From: Octopus vulgaris
Lineage: Eukaryota
Assembly (NCBI GenBank): GCA_951406725.2
Contig: OX597819.1
Location: 97,030,001 to 97,094,000 of the forward strand
DNA: 64,000 nucleotides
Direction of reading: 5' to 3'
Positions within the stretch are counted from its first letter, which is position 1. Each line of letters begins with the position of its first letter. The notes under the pieces are model-generated. The model saw nothing but the letters and a program-made list of their open reading frames with translations, had not been told where the DNA came from and ran no database searches. The translations under genes and the position numbers were made by a program. This document shows, piece by piece, positions 26,451 to 39,429 of the stretch.

Positions 26451-28139
26451 TATTCATTCATATTGTTTTAAATTTATCATTCATTATCTTGAAGCTTTGA
26501 GGTTTTGATGATGTGATTAAGTATTTTTAGAATGACATAGAAGGGTAAGGTATGAGAGGTCAGATCTGGCTGGTCTGAACATAAAACAGGTAGAATATTC
26601 AGGCTCGATATGGTTGGTTTAAAAGCTAAACAATTACACAGTATCACTGATGTTGCCATCGCATTTTCCCCCTTTTGTTAAGTTGCCAATACATTATAAA
26701 AGCTTTTCCTGTCTCATATTCTACTCACATTGGTGTGCTTTAAGATTTGGTTATACCTATTGAATTCTCTTCTATTTGTCAATCATTGTTGCATTGTTAC
26801 TTTTCACAAAACACATTCCTTAGCTCTGTTCACTCATAGCTAACCTGAGACTGAACAACAGCACACTCCCTTAAATATACAACACCACCCACAGACATTT
26901 TGCTAACCTTCTACTTATGCAACTTGGGTGTTTCGTGCTACATATAGATTGCTACCAAGGACAGACAGCTCAAATAACATTGTCCAATGGAGACATAACA
27001 ACCTAGTTTCACTCAACAGCACCCAGATATAATCCAAGAAAACAATCTTGTATGACACCTTTCTTGTGAACAACATACAGCAAAACACCCCTAAAGATAT
27101 TACATATGTTGCCCTTTGTAATTTCTGTTGATCCCTCAGAGCCTCTTCTCATGTGACAGTGATGGTAGTTGTGGTGGTGGTGAGTGACAGTGGCACAGGT
27201 GGCAATGTTGGTGGTGCTGGTGGTGGCAATGTTGAGGGTAGTGGTGATGGTGTTCATGAAAATAGTGGTGTATACAGTGTTGATTGAAGTGGTTTCCTGG
27301 ATGGAAGTGATGGTGGTGGAGTTGGTAGTGGAGGTGAGAGTAGTTGAGGTGATGGTTGTAAGGAATGAAGACATACAGCAAATACTATGTAGTTTGATGT
27401 AAAAGCCAACCTTTACAAGCAACACAAATATGAATCTGCTGTTCCAGTGTGTGTGTGTGTGCGCATATGCGTGCAAGTGCACACTGTCACACTCCACAAA
27501 CATGAGAGAGAAAGAGAAACACGTACACAAATATACACACACTACTATCAAACACACATACATATACTACACACACACACACACACATAAATGCACATGT
27601 AGATATATATATACTACCAGCTGCAGTACCACATCCACCAACACCACTGTATCTGCCATCACCCCTACCATTAACACTGTCAATTTCACTTGAATGCAGT
27701 GCTCCAGCAGGGCCTTGGCTGAGATGGCTAAAGCAAACGCATGCCATTTACACACGCATATACATACAACACATCCACTAAGAAAAAAAAAAACTTGTTC
27801 TTACTGAATGGATTACAATGCTCCAGCAACCATAGTAACAGTAGTAATCATACCACCACCACCATGTATACTACAACTACATCAATCAACCACACACTAC
27901 CACACCCACCATAACCACTACCACCAATACAATTACATCCCCCACACACTACAACGTACACCACTGATACTGCCATCTGTTCACATACATTAACTATACT
28001 ATCACATCCACCACTGACACTAGCACCGATACAGTTACATTTCTATTTTTCAAGACAAGAAGGGAGTTTCTACAAGTTCATTCCACCCAGCACAGTATGG
28101 TTTATATGATTAAATTAAAACAGAGAAAGATTCGTGATT

Positions 28140-28390
28140 TTTGTATACAATGTCCACTACACATCAACGCCTTGTAGGCAATGTTCACTACACACCAGCA
28201 TCTGGTACACAATGATCATGTACACCAATACCTTGTATACAATATCTGTTATACAATGTCCACTGTACACCAACGATTGGTATAGAATATCCACTACACA
28301 CCAAAATCCGGTATACAATGTCCACTACGCATCAATGTCTAGTATACAATATCTACCACAGACCAATGGTAAGCAATGTCCACTCTTTAT
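28140..28390. repeat. Degenerate ~31-bp minisatellite
   Basis: Recurring gtatacaatgtccactacacacca. Confidence 0.85.
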
Positions 28391-28714
28391 CACAATTTCT
28401 GAACACACAACAATAAAATGAAAGAAACGAGTCCTCTATGTAACTAAATGCATGTTTGCACATGTTTTTGCATGTGCCTACACAATTACGCTTGCCACAC
28501 ACAGATATGCATGCTTACATAAACAATTGCACAAATTCCATTTCATGCATGTATGCTTGTGTACGTATTTCTGTTCGCATACATCCACAATGCAATTTAC
28601 ACTATTGCTTATGTAAGCATGTATGTGCATGTGTGTGTGCAGTGATGTATGAACACGTACATACACACATACATACATATACATGCGTGTTTATGTAAAC
28701 AATCACACAAACCT

Positions 28715-28716
<2 letters not shown>

Positions 28717-28759
<43 letters not shown>
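28717..28759. repeat. (TG)n microsatellite
   Basis: Direct reading. Confidence 0.95.
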
Positions 28760-28761
<2 letters not shown>

Positions 28762-30195
28762 TGTGTGTAATAATATTGTTAAAAACATTGACTAGAAACA
28801 TGAATAATGGTGAGATCAATACACAGGGTACTTTAGCAGCAGAGATATTTTAGTGTCTATGTATTTTCACAGATAATCCATTTCTGTTGGTTTAACTAAT
28901 ACCCATTAAGTGGCTTAAGATATCTTGGATATGGCCATTATAGGAATAACAATATCAATTTATAGACATTCAAATATCACTGGGAAGATGAAGACCAATG
29001 TTTAGTTTGAATATTCTATATATACATACTATCTTTCAAAGTAGTATGTTGATAAACAACTTTATATAACACACCTGAATGATCTTCAGGCAAGTTACAT
29101 CAAAGGAAAATACCAAGAAAACATAATTGCCACTGTGTGTGTGTGTGTGTGTGTGTGTTTGTGCTGTGTTCAATTCAGCAGCTATATATGGCTATCACCA
29201 GAAATGTCTAGTCTGTGAGATAAGAGTTGTTAATAAAAATGTAAAAATGTCCACACCCATTTAATTAATTCTGAAATATTCCAAGCTATATTGATTCTGC
29301 TTGATTAAACTAAAGTACTAATGAACAATTAGAAGTGGAAAATCCATTACTTTGCTTTCTAAAACACAAACTATTGTCATATATCAGTAGAATGCTTTTT
29401 TCTTGTTTCACTGAAATGAAAAATATAAGAGATCTTTATTATTGCTTTGAGAAGACAATGATTTAAACACCATTTTTTTTCTCTTTCTAAAACTGATGCT
29501 TGATTGCATCATGATTTATGCAAATAGCTAAGATAATTGCAGAAAAGTGTGAGCTTCGAAGATAGCAAATTGAAAAGCTGTTAAAATTCAGTGTTTTTCA
29601 GAAATTTGAAAATTAAACAGTAAACACGGACAGAAAACTTGTTTAAATGAATAAACAACATTTTTTGTTTGCTATTAGAGCAGAATCACTTTATGCATAG
29701 AATCAGAATTATTTCTAACCATTTCGGTTACTCCCATGACAGTGTTAAACAGATTCTATGTTATCATCATCATTTTACTTCTACTTTTTCTATACTGACA
29801 TGGGTTGGTCAAGACATTGCAAATGAAGTCCTTATTCAGTTTACTTATTCACAGATGCTGCTCTTCTAGATCAGTGGAAGATCAGATTTTGCTTACACAT
29901 TCTGTATTTAGGCATGTTTTCTACAGTTGGATGGTCTTCCTACCACCAGTAATCTGACAAAGTTTACTAGATAAATTTTATCACCAGCACTAGAGAGGTT
30001 GTCTTCTCCTAGGCAGAACTAAAAAGTCCCCTTTCTATCCTTTAGTAAGTATCTGATCTGAGTGAAGTTCAGAATCTTGATATGCTGTTTCCTACTGCCC
30101 CTTTCTTTGCATAGTCCCACTGATTGTCAGAAGGTACAATTGGAAGTGGTACTACAACAGTGACCTGCCACCAAATATTACAGTATTTACTTAGA

Positions 30196-30430
30196 TAAGG
30201 CGGCGAGCCGGTAGAAACATTAGCATGCCAGGCAAAATGCTTAGCGGTATTTCGTCTGCTACTACGTTCTGAGTTCAAATTCCGCCGAGGTCGACTTTGC
30301 CTTTCATCCTTTCGGGGTCGATTAAATAAGTACCAGTTACACACTGGGGTCGATATAATTGACTTAATCTGTTTGTCTGTCCTTGTTTGTCCTCTCTGTG
30401 TTTAGCCCCTTGTGGGTAGTAAAGAAATAG
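30196..30430 (+). mobile_element. Young full-length SINE family A copy with 13-bp TSD
   Basis: taaggcggcgagccggtagaaacattagc head, B-box-like gagttcaaattcc, CpGs retained. TSD gtatttacttaga at 30183-30195 and 30431-30443. Confidence 0.92.
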
Positions 30431-31589
30431 GTATTTACTTAGAATGTCTCTAGTGGGTCTATCAACAACTGGGATCAAATCAGGTGATGACTTCTCTATA
30501 ACAACTCAGGCCCATAATTTGGAGCTGTCTCTGTAGGCTCTAAAACAGGAAGTTTAAAATGGACAGTGACAATGATGAAGTCTGTTAATAACAGCACACA
30601 GAAATCTTATTTCCAGTGGTCACATAAGATTTGATGTGAAAGCCAAATATATGACTTCGGTTCAGATGATATTCAAGTAAAAAGCAACATTGTTGACATA
30701 AGGATATTATTAACGCCATGGTCATACGGTGTATAAAATAGCACCAGCGGACTGTTTCATTCCAATCACCTTCCTCACATAGTTTTACAATTATCAATGA
30801 ACAGATACACAGACTATGTTTAGCTTCACTTGAGTTAATTATAATTATACCCTTGTTATATTATGTTCTGAACATCAGAAGCTCAGTACACTGAAAATAA
30901 ATCAGAACAACAGTAATGAAATACAGCAACAGATGATAAGAAATACAATCTAATTATGGGTTGTTTTTTATATTTGCCTTTTTTATATATATTTTTTAAA
31001 ATTATTTTTTGTGCTTGTGTATTTCCACATATCTTTCAATGGCAGCTTAGTTTGGAGGGTTCTAAAAAACTAGTTTATAACAGGGAAGTGTATTTTTGTG
31101 CAACGTCCATAACATTAATCAACCTTTAATTAAGAGAAGAATGGTTCAACAAAGGTGTATAATTTATAAAGTGTGTCTCAGTACAGAATAGGTACACCAC
31201 TTCTCTCTACATGTAAGAGTTGATTGAAAGGGTTGGCAACAGGAAGGGGATTCAGCCACAAAACATTACCCCGCAAAAAGGAACTATGATGAGTATAATC
31301 AGAAGACTGTGCAAAGGCCCAAAAACTTAACCCTGATTTAGCAAGGGAAGTGACCATCTAAGATTTGTTCTTGATAAAATGGCTGCATTATTTAGCCCCA
31401 GGTCAGCAATGATCACACAAACCAAAGATCAAAGGCATTTTATTGAAACTGTATCTAAAACTTCATTCTCCAGTATATTATATATATTTTTAAATAGTAC
31501 AGAGAAATTTGAAGGTGACATAGCAGCTAATTGCAGCTAATTTTTGCAGGTCAAGCAATCATGTAGCAGTTACTATGTTGGCTTGTGAT

Positions 31590-32165
31590 ATAATGGTCAA
31601 TAACAGTGCTGACAGTCCAAATAATGAAGTTTAACCACTTGTAGTCAAGTATAGCAGCTGTAGTTTAAGGTAAAATGGTTAAAGACCCCCTTCAGTCATG
31701 AATGACCACGGGATGCACCTAGAAAGTTTCCCTCCAAGGCACAAGTATGACCAGCAGTCACCCATACATAACAGCCTCCCTTCTCCATGCCACCAAGGTC
31801 ACTTAGGGAAAGGCAAAGCCCAATACAGCTTAGCACCTGTGACATTGCAACTCATTTCTACAGTAGAGTGACCTGGAGCAACATGAAAATAATGTGTCCT
31901 GTTCAAGAACACAACACATAGCCCTGTCTGGGAATCAAACTCACTACCTCATGGTTGTGAGCCTGATGCTCTAACCACTGAGCCACGCACCTTCACAGTT
32001 TAAGGCAGTGCACTATCAAATGTAGCACTTGTAGGCTAAGGTACAGCACTGTAAAATATAGCAACTGTGGGCAAAGATATTGTACTGACAAGTATAGTAG
32101 TTGTGGGATAAAGTACTGCACTATCAAATAGAGTAGTTGTGGGTCAAGATACTGAACTACTGATT
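31590..32165. repeat. Degenerate ~36-bp minisatellite interrupted by a SINE
   Basis: Recurring aagtatagcagttgtgggtcaaggtactgcactatc. Confidence 0.7.
31671..31996 (-). mobile_element. Family-C-headed SINE with an RTE-5'-like body, inserted in a minisatellite
   Basis: Minus head gtgaaggtgcgtggctcagtggttagagcatcagg...gagtttgattccc. Flanked by the direct repeat agtttaagg (31662-31670, 31997-32005). Confidence 0.82.
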
Positions 32166-33732
32166 AAAAGCTCATAATTTGAAACCCTGACTCATACCCC
32201 AAAATTTAAATCTCCACTTTACAAACCAAGTGAAAAATAAATCTTACACCAAAGTAAAATTAGTAATTTATGTACTTATCAACCCAACAGTAAAATTGAA
32301 AGAGATGTCCAAAGTTGAAGTAGTACAAAAGATTTAATGTACAATTTAATAGCTGGATACTGAGGAAACATAGCTGTATAAATAATATACATACTGCAAG
32401 CACTATGAACACACACGCCAGGAGTTTGCGATAGAGTAGAGATCAATGGAATGGAGTCTTTAAGTAGAAACATTCTATCTGCCTCCACCATTCACTTAGA
32501 ACTTCTAAGAATATGAGATAAGCAGTGATCTGATGCATTCAGTTCTTAAACACTTTTTTTTTTTTATCAGCTTCTCTAGTAAGGAGGGGGATACTGTATT
32601 TATTATATCAATACCTACATAGTTGGCTGCTTCACCTTATCTCTCAAGTTATTCCCAACCTACACTTTCTAAGTTATACAAGATAAAAATATAAACAAAT
32701 AATATAAGAGTACAGAATGATGACTATTAAATGATGATGATGACGATGATGATGATGAAAGTTCAGAATTTTCAATGGACAACTGATTTTCATAGTTCAC
32801 AGTGTTATTTTCTGATGTCTGTATATGTGAATGTGCATTAGAATTTTTGAGAAATGTTTAGAAATGATGTAAAAAGATTATTTAGATTGAGACGAGTAAC
32901 CAGCAACAGAATTGTCATTGCATATACACATAATCTCAAACCATATATTACCATTCTCCAGTTGCTATAGAAACTGTTTCTATGGTAAGTGAATTTAGCT
33001 TATAATCCCATTGAAAAATAAAGATGATAATGATGATAAGAAGGAACATCTCAATATAGTTTCGGTTACCATATGTGGTAAAACACAACAGTAACAACAG
33101 ACACAGTTCCTAGCTACTTTCTCTTAATATAAAATAGTTAATGGAAATGAAACTGGTCTCACACAACCTACTTCTATTAAAGCAAATGTGGAATGGAACC
33201 TTCGCTGCATTTAAATATATAATTTTAATACATATCCTCAACAAATAAGCCTAGCTATGCAACAACAAAGACAGCCTCTAAGCAGTAGCATGAACAGCTA
33301 AAAATAGAAACCTAATCTTCTGACAGCTTAAAAGAAAGATACATTGAATAACGTAGTTTTAGATGCACTATACTTGAAAATACAAATGTATATTCATGGC
33401 CAGAACACCTTTGATTATAGGTCTAACTGATCAGAGCTGATGGGCGAAACAACAACAAATCTATAAACATTTCTCAATACACAGACTTTATAACCAACAA
33501 CTTTTTGGATATTACTGAATGAGGTCATAGACTTCATCATGAGAAAGAAGAGAGAGATAGTGGAATGAGGAAGAGAATGTTGTCTTGTGAAAGTTGAGGA
33601 ATGCATTGCTTGGTAACATTCTTGTTTCCACAGAAATTTATTAATTCTGAAAAAATCAAAAAGAAACTGAAATATCGATGAAGATTCATGGAAGTTAATT
33701 GACTAGCACGTTGTAGCAATAAAATCCATTTT

Positions 33733-33751
33733 ATGACGTCATTGACGCAAT
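33733..33751. promoter_or_regulatory. Candidate cAMP-response element plus adjacent CRE-C/EBP chimeric site
   Basis: ATGACGTCAT perfect 10-bp palindrome (TGACGTCA at 33734-33741) directly followed by TGACGCAA (33743-33750). The motif is exact; function is inferred. Confidence 0.45.
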
Positions 33752-34498
33752 CTAGTTTCCAATCAATGTATGTGAAAGGGCTGGTATTGATAAATATCAA
33801 TAAGATGATCTCTACAAAGAGCTTCTGTCAGTTGTTTTCAAAAGTCAGCCTACAATCCAAACTGAAATTGTGTTGCCATTTGACACAAGAGACACTAGCC
33901 ATTCAACCATTCATACTCCACTGGGGAGATAAACACATCAACAGTTGTCAATCATTTAGCAGCATTTCATGAGTAGAAGCAAGAATTGGTGTCAATTCAA
34001 TGAAGAATTTTCAGTTAAGGAAAAGATATTGAAGAAAATGAGAGTTGTCAGAAATCTTAAGCAAAGATTCATCAGAATCACACTCTACTAGGTCAGGTGT
34101 CAAAGTCACAATGGATAAATATTTTTATAATCACAGGCTCCTCATTCACTTCTCTATCATTAAGGTTGCAAAGTTCTGTAAAGTCAGACATTCACAAAGA
34201 ATTGAATGAGTACAGAAATTCATGTCAGAATTTCATTGCAACTGATTGTATCCAATGCTAAATACTGCACCATATAATGTTAATTATAGCTAGATTTCAG
34301 TCAAATTGATAGAGAGTGTCTTGTTTAAGGATAAAATACAACAATAAGGCCACAGTTTGAAGTTGTAGTTCAAATGTAAATATTCTTGTGAATTAGAATA
34401 ATTATTTAAAAAATGGATCAGTTAGTACTAGAAATAAAAGAACTTGTACTGGGATTAGAAATCTTTGAAATCACATCAAAAAAAGGAAGAATTTGTGT

Positions 34499-34705
34499 TT
34501 AACCCTTTCACTGAAAAATTAAATATCATGCTGACTCTAGAAATGATGATAAATATCTACCAAAAATAGAACTTGTATTTTCTGTAAGACATGTTGCCTT
34601 AATAAACTTGATATATCTCCAAAAAAAAAAAAAGTTTTAAAGACAACATTCCTCAACAAAAGATAGACTGGTATATGAAACTGCATTCCACAGTAAAAGG
34701 GTTAA
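34499..34705. mobile_element. Third TTAA-type MITE family
   Basis: ttaaaccctttcactg ... cacagtaaaagggttaa. The right end (agactggtata...ttccacagtaaaagggttaa) recurs at about 284-368. Confidence 0.6.
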
Positions 34706-34984
34706 GCTTGTGTGAAGGGTCCTTAAGTTGGGGACAAAAATAGATTTAATTTGTGTTTAACTCAAATTATATTGATTCTTTCAAGAATAGAAGTCAACTT
34801 TATTTAGGTGGATAGCATCAAAAGACATCTGACTATTTCCATAACAAACTGTAACAGAGCAAATAATTGTTGTTAGATTTTTTTTTTAAAGAGGAAACAT
34901 TTTGATGTAACCAGTCCTGTAAAAATCTTCAAGTAGTGGACAAACACAAGAGAACTAGCTATAAATACTAAAAGTTAGTGTCTC

Positions 34985-35153
34985 TCTTTTACTTGTTTCA
35001 TTCACTGCCGCAAAGAAATTTTAGTTCAATGAATTGAACTCAGTACTTTTTTTTCTTATTCTATCGATCTCTTTTACCAAACCACTAATGTTATGGAGAT
35101 GTAAACACACCAACACTGGTTGACAAGTAGGAGTGGGGACAAACACAGACAGG

Positions 35154-35203
<50 letters not shown>

Positions 35204-35277
35204 GAAAGAATGGAGTCGAACGAAGATGTTAATTTTCCATGCTGACGATAAACATAGGATAATTCATTCACCTATTG

Positions 35278-35312
<35 letters not shown>

Positions 35313-35510
35313 CATACATACATACATACATACATACATACATACAGAGAACAGGCTTGTTTCAGTCTGTCTACCAAATCTGCTCACAACACTATGGTCA
35401 GCCCAAGATTATAGAAGAAGACACTTGCCCAAGGTGCCACACAGTGTGACAGAACTTAGAACAGTGTGGCTGGGAAGCAAGCCTTTTACCACATAGCCAT
35501 GCCTGTGCTG
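34985..35510 (-). mobile_element. SINE family B with an extra ~95-bp segment inside its (TA)n tract
   Basis: Tail tcttttacttgtttc at 34985, head agaagacacttgcccaaggtgcc...accacatagccatgcctgtgc, and a unique segment at about 35196-35280 between TA runs. Confidence 0.8.
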
Positions 35511-35544
35511 AGCCACACCTGCATCTCAAGAAAAATAATTTGTT

Positions 35545-35670
35545 GCTAGAATGGTGAAAGAATATGTTATTTACATATGAGATTCTGTCTAAGTCTGTCG
35601 GGTGGTAAGAAGGTTTTGTAGGTATAAGTTAAAAACAGTAGATTGGGGGATGGATCCTTGTGGTACACTA
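35545..35670 (-). mobile_element. Degenerate non-LTR reverse-transcriptase fragment
   Basis: Minus strand SVPQGSIPQSTVFNLYL...ISYVNN resembles GVPQGSxLSPxLFNLY...YADD. Confidence 0.45.
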
Positions 35671-35759
35671 AAAAATTGCAGACTAAATGTTGTTGGTGTA
35701 TGGTACATAAGCATTGAGACTTAAGTATTTTTCTGTTATTTCTTCAGGAAATTTTGAGG

Positions 35760-36165
35760 ATCATCCTCATTTTTTTAATGTCTATTTTTCCATACTTGCG
35801 TGGGTCAGATGAAATTCAGTGAAGCAAATTTTTTTCACAGCCAAAGCCTCACCTGTTTCCAAGCAAGGAAATATTTCCCCACAGCCAGATGTTTTTCACA
35901 GGAGATAGAAAACAGATAACACTGCTTGTATGTCAGTGATGTCCATTTACAACCAAGGTGTCAAGACAAGGAAACACAGAAATGAACATACACACACATA
36001 ATATACACGACAGGCCTACTTCTGTCAACCAAATCCACTCACAAGGCTTTGATCAACCTGAGGGTTATAGTAGAAGACACTTGCCCAAGGTGCCATGCAG
36101 TGGAACTGATCTAAGACAACATGGCTAGAAAGCAAGCTTCATAATTAAACAGTCATGCCTGTGCT
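35760..36165 (-). mobile_element. SINE family B (RTE-tail variant)
   Basis: ttccatacttgcgtgggtcagatg tail and ccaaatccactcacaaggctttg...gacacttgcccaaggtgccatgcagtgg head. Confidence 0.82.
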
Positions 36166-36808
36166 TCTAGTTATACCTGCTGAATATGCTGTACACAAGT
36201 GAGAAGGAATGGTGTTGAAAGTTGTACTGATGTTGTTAGAGCAATGCATAGTGAACCTATCTGTTATTAAACCTAGGGTGAAGGGTTTGGGAGTTGTAGT
36301 CAAGCAACCTGCCAAGTAGAGGACTGTGTAGATATATTGATGCCTCCCTAAGATATTCTAGTATGTGTGTGTGTGTGTGTGCATGCACATGTGCACGTGT
36401 GCATGTGTGTGTGTAAGATGTTGATAGCTTTGTGTATAGAGTGGTGATGGATCTATATGATGTATCTTCAGTTGAATCTTAATTAGGTTCTAGAATTCTT
36501 ACAATTTTACCCAATTACCAATTTCTGAGGGCTTGGTACAAGAAGTTGTTTGTACAAGAAGTTGGTGAATGCAGCAATTTCTTCTGCCTACCCCCTTTCT
36601 AACACCCATGTTTCAGAAGTTTGTAATTTTATTGTTGTTAGTGCTACTCTTAATTCTGCTAATATTACTCATCTGGTGTGTTTTGTTTACAGCATATTAT
36701 ATTGTTTATACTAGATATAAATATTTGACAATTATCTGCTTTTCTTTGGTTTATTCTCTTTACTTTCAATTTTAGTTGTTTGATTGTTGAGTTTTATTTC
36801 TGTTGTGT

Positions 36809-37072
36809 GAGAGCTGTCAAAGTGTAGCTGAGAGCTGTCAAAGTGTAGCTGACAGCAGTCGAGGTATAGCTGACGGCTGTCAATGTGTAGCTGACGGCTG
36901 TCAATGTGTAGCTGAGGGCTGTCAATGTGCAGCTGAGTGCTGTCAATGTGCAGCTGAGTGCCGTCAATGTGCAGCTGAGTGCCGTCAATGTGCAGCTGAG
37001 TGCCGTCAATGTGCAGCTGAGTGCCGTCAATATGCAGCTGAGTGCCGTCAATGTGTAGCAGTGTGTTGTCAA
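36809..37072. repeat. 21-bp minisatellite, 12 full copies plus a degenerate end
   Basis: Unit gagtgccgtcaatgtgcagct in exact 21-nt register, with no indels. Confidence 0.97.
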
Positions 37073-37629
37073 AGAATAAGCTGGCTGTTGTCAAGGTAAC
37101 AAGTCATTAGACAGAGAGAGAAATTGTACCAATGTTTTCAGATATACTGACGTGGCATTAAAGAGAATTAGATGTAAAGATGAATACAGGAAAATTCTAA
37201 TGGCATCAGAAAGCTTTCACTGTAAAATAAATTGATGTAAAGCAAGTAACGATTCAATGAAACTAATTAGCTGCTTTCATGCTTTGTCCACCTATAGCAG
37301 ACACCAAACTAATTTATGATAATTGCTAATGCATAATAAAATAAACATTGCAATGGGTTTTTTTTAGGGGGTGGGGTTCAATTTCTTATTTTGATATTGG
37401 CTTTACATGTTAATATGTTAATTTACCAGTATTAGTTTTGAAGAAATAACATTAACAACATGAGTCACATTCAGTAGATAGTAGATAATTCTGGAAATCA
37501 TCTCTCTCTCTCTCTCCCTCATACACACACATCCACCTACACATATGCACACACCCACACATACACGGAATTGCTAAAAACACGATAGCTTTCCAAGTAC
37601 AAAGACTAATCACAGTAGCTGTTGTGTAA

Positions 37630-38953
37630 TCATCATCTTCATTTAACATGTGCTATCCATGCTGGCATGGGTTGAACAGTTTCATCAGAGCTGGCAAGCT
37701 GGAAGGCTGCAACAGACTCCATTCTGATTTGGCATGGTTTCTATGGCTGGATGCCCTTCCTAATGCCAACCACTCAAAGAGTGTAATGGGTGCCTTTACA
37801 TGCCACTGGCTTGGGTGCCATTTGCATGACACCAGTATCAGCCACAACTGCAATTTTACTTGGCTTGATGGGTCTTCTTCTCAAGCACGACATAATGCCA
37901 AAGGTCTTGGTCATTTGTCATTACCAATGTGAGGTTCAACACTTGAAAGGAGGTTTTCACATGTCACCAGCATCAGCCACTTTGCCTCTGTGAGACCCAA
38001 TGCTCAAAAGGTGCTTTTTAAGTGTCACCAGCATGGGTTCCAGTTACGTGACACTAGCATCGGCCATGATTATGATTTCACTTGGCTTGATGGGTCTTGT
38101 CACGCACAGCATATTGCCAAAGGTCTCAGTCACTAGTCATTGCTCCTGTGAGGCTCAAAGTTTGAAGATCATGCTTCACCACTTCATCCCATGTCTTCCT
38201 GAGTCTACCTTTACCACAGGTTCCTTCTACAATTAGATATCAGCACTTCTTTACACAGCTGTACTCGTTCATACACATGACATGTCCATACCAGTGCAGT
38301 CATCTCTCTTGCACACCACATCTGATGCCTCTTATGCCTAACTTTTCTCTCAAGTATACACTCTGTTATACATGGATACTGACATTGCACATCCAGAGAA
38401 GCATACTGGCTTCCTTTCTTTCAAGCTTATGTATGTCCTTGGCTGTCACAGCCCATGTTTCAATTGCCATGTAGCATAGCTGTTCGCACACAGGTATCAT
38501 ACAATCTGCCTTTCTCTCTGAGGGAGAGGTCCTTTTTTGCCAACAAAGATAAGAGCTCTCTAAATTTCCCCAGCCTATTCTTATTCTTACAGATACACTT
38601 TTGGAGCATCTACCTCCACTACTAACTTGGTCACCTAGATAATGGAAGGCATCCACAACTTTAACCCACCCCACCCCCATAGTTGATGGCGTCCATTTTC
38701 TGTACATCTTCAGTGTTTATTGTATATGTGCATCTTCCACACACAAAAGTTATTTTCCCTGTTAACCTTCTTCTGATATTGCTGCACCTCTTATGTGTTC
38801 ATGACTTACACCAGGTACATTTTATGGAGTTTCTACCTATGCATTTTCTACAGATCAATCAGGGCCATCTACCTGAAGGGATTTGTGATTTGTCTGCCTT
38901 CCTACTTACTAAGACTTAGGTTAACTCTAAGGCCATTCAATGCTAGGCCTTGC
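37630..38953 (-). mobile_element. 5'-truncated RTE-clade LINE (degenerate ORF end, repetitive 3' UTR, (GAT)n-like tail)
   Basis: Minus-strand peptides VDAFHYLGDQVSSGGRCSKSVSVRIRIGW and ETWAVTAKDIHKLERKEASMLLWMCNV are typical of the post-RT region of RTE elements. They are preceded by a Cys/His finger (GRWP.LICRK...SIKC..CK..THKRCS...FVCGRC) and contain frameshifts and stops. Confidence 0.85.
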
Positions 38954-39429
38954 ATCATCATAATTTTTAGCATTCATTTTTGCCATACTTGCATAAGTTG
39001 AATTTAGTTATTTAGTTTATATGAGGCAGATTTTCTACAACTGGATGCCCTTTTCTCTCACAAGCCTTCACCTGTATTTCCAGGTAGGGTAATACTTTTC
39101 CCAAATTGCCAGACACTTTCTCACAGAATATTGAAAATCAATGACATTGTCTGCATGACAGCAACACTCATTTATAACTGTCACGTGATGTCAAAACAAC
39201 AAGACACAAACATACACACATTCGCTCTTTCTCAGACTATTCTTTTCCTTCTCTCTGGACATTTTCCTCTTTCTGATAAAGAGCCATGCTCAAAACGTCT
39301 TACCCCCCCCTTCTTCTCTCCTTAAACTTTCTCTGAGCATCAATCTAATACATTCACTGAGTAAATTCTTTTGATCTTTGTTTTCCCTATTTTTAGTTTT
39401 GATTTGCCTATATATATATATATATATAT

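Noticed and set aside
30585-30797. 70-aa minus-strand ORF containing EEGD, a possible extra PKA-R exon
   Set aside because: No match to the expected GDEGDNFYVID exon, wrong position in the exon order, and no convincing splice sites.
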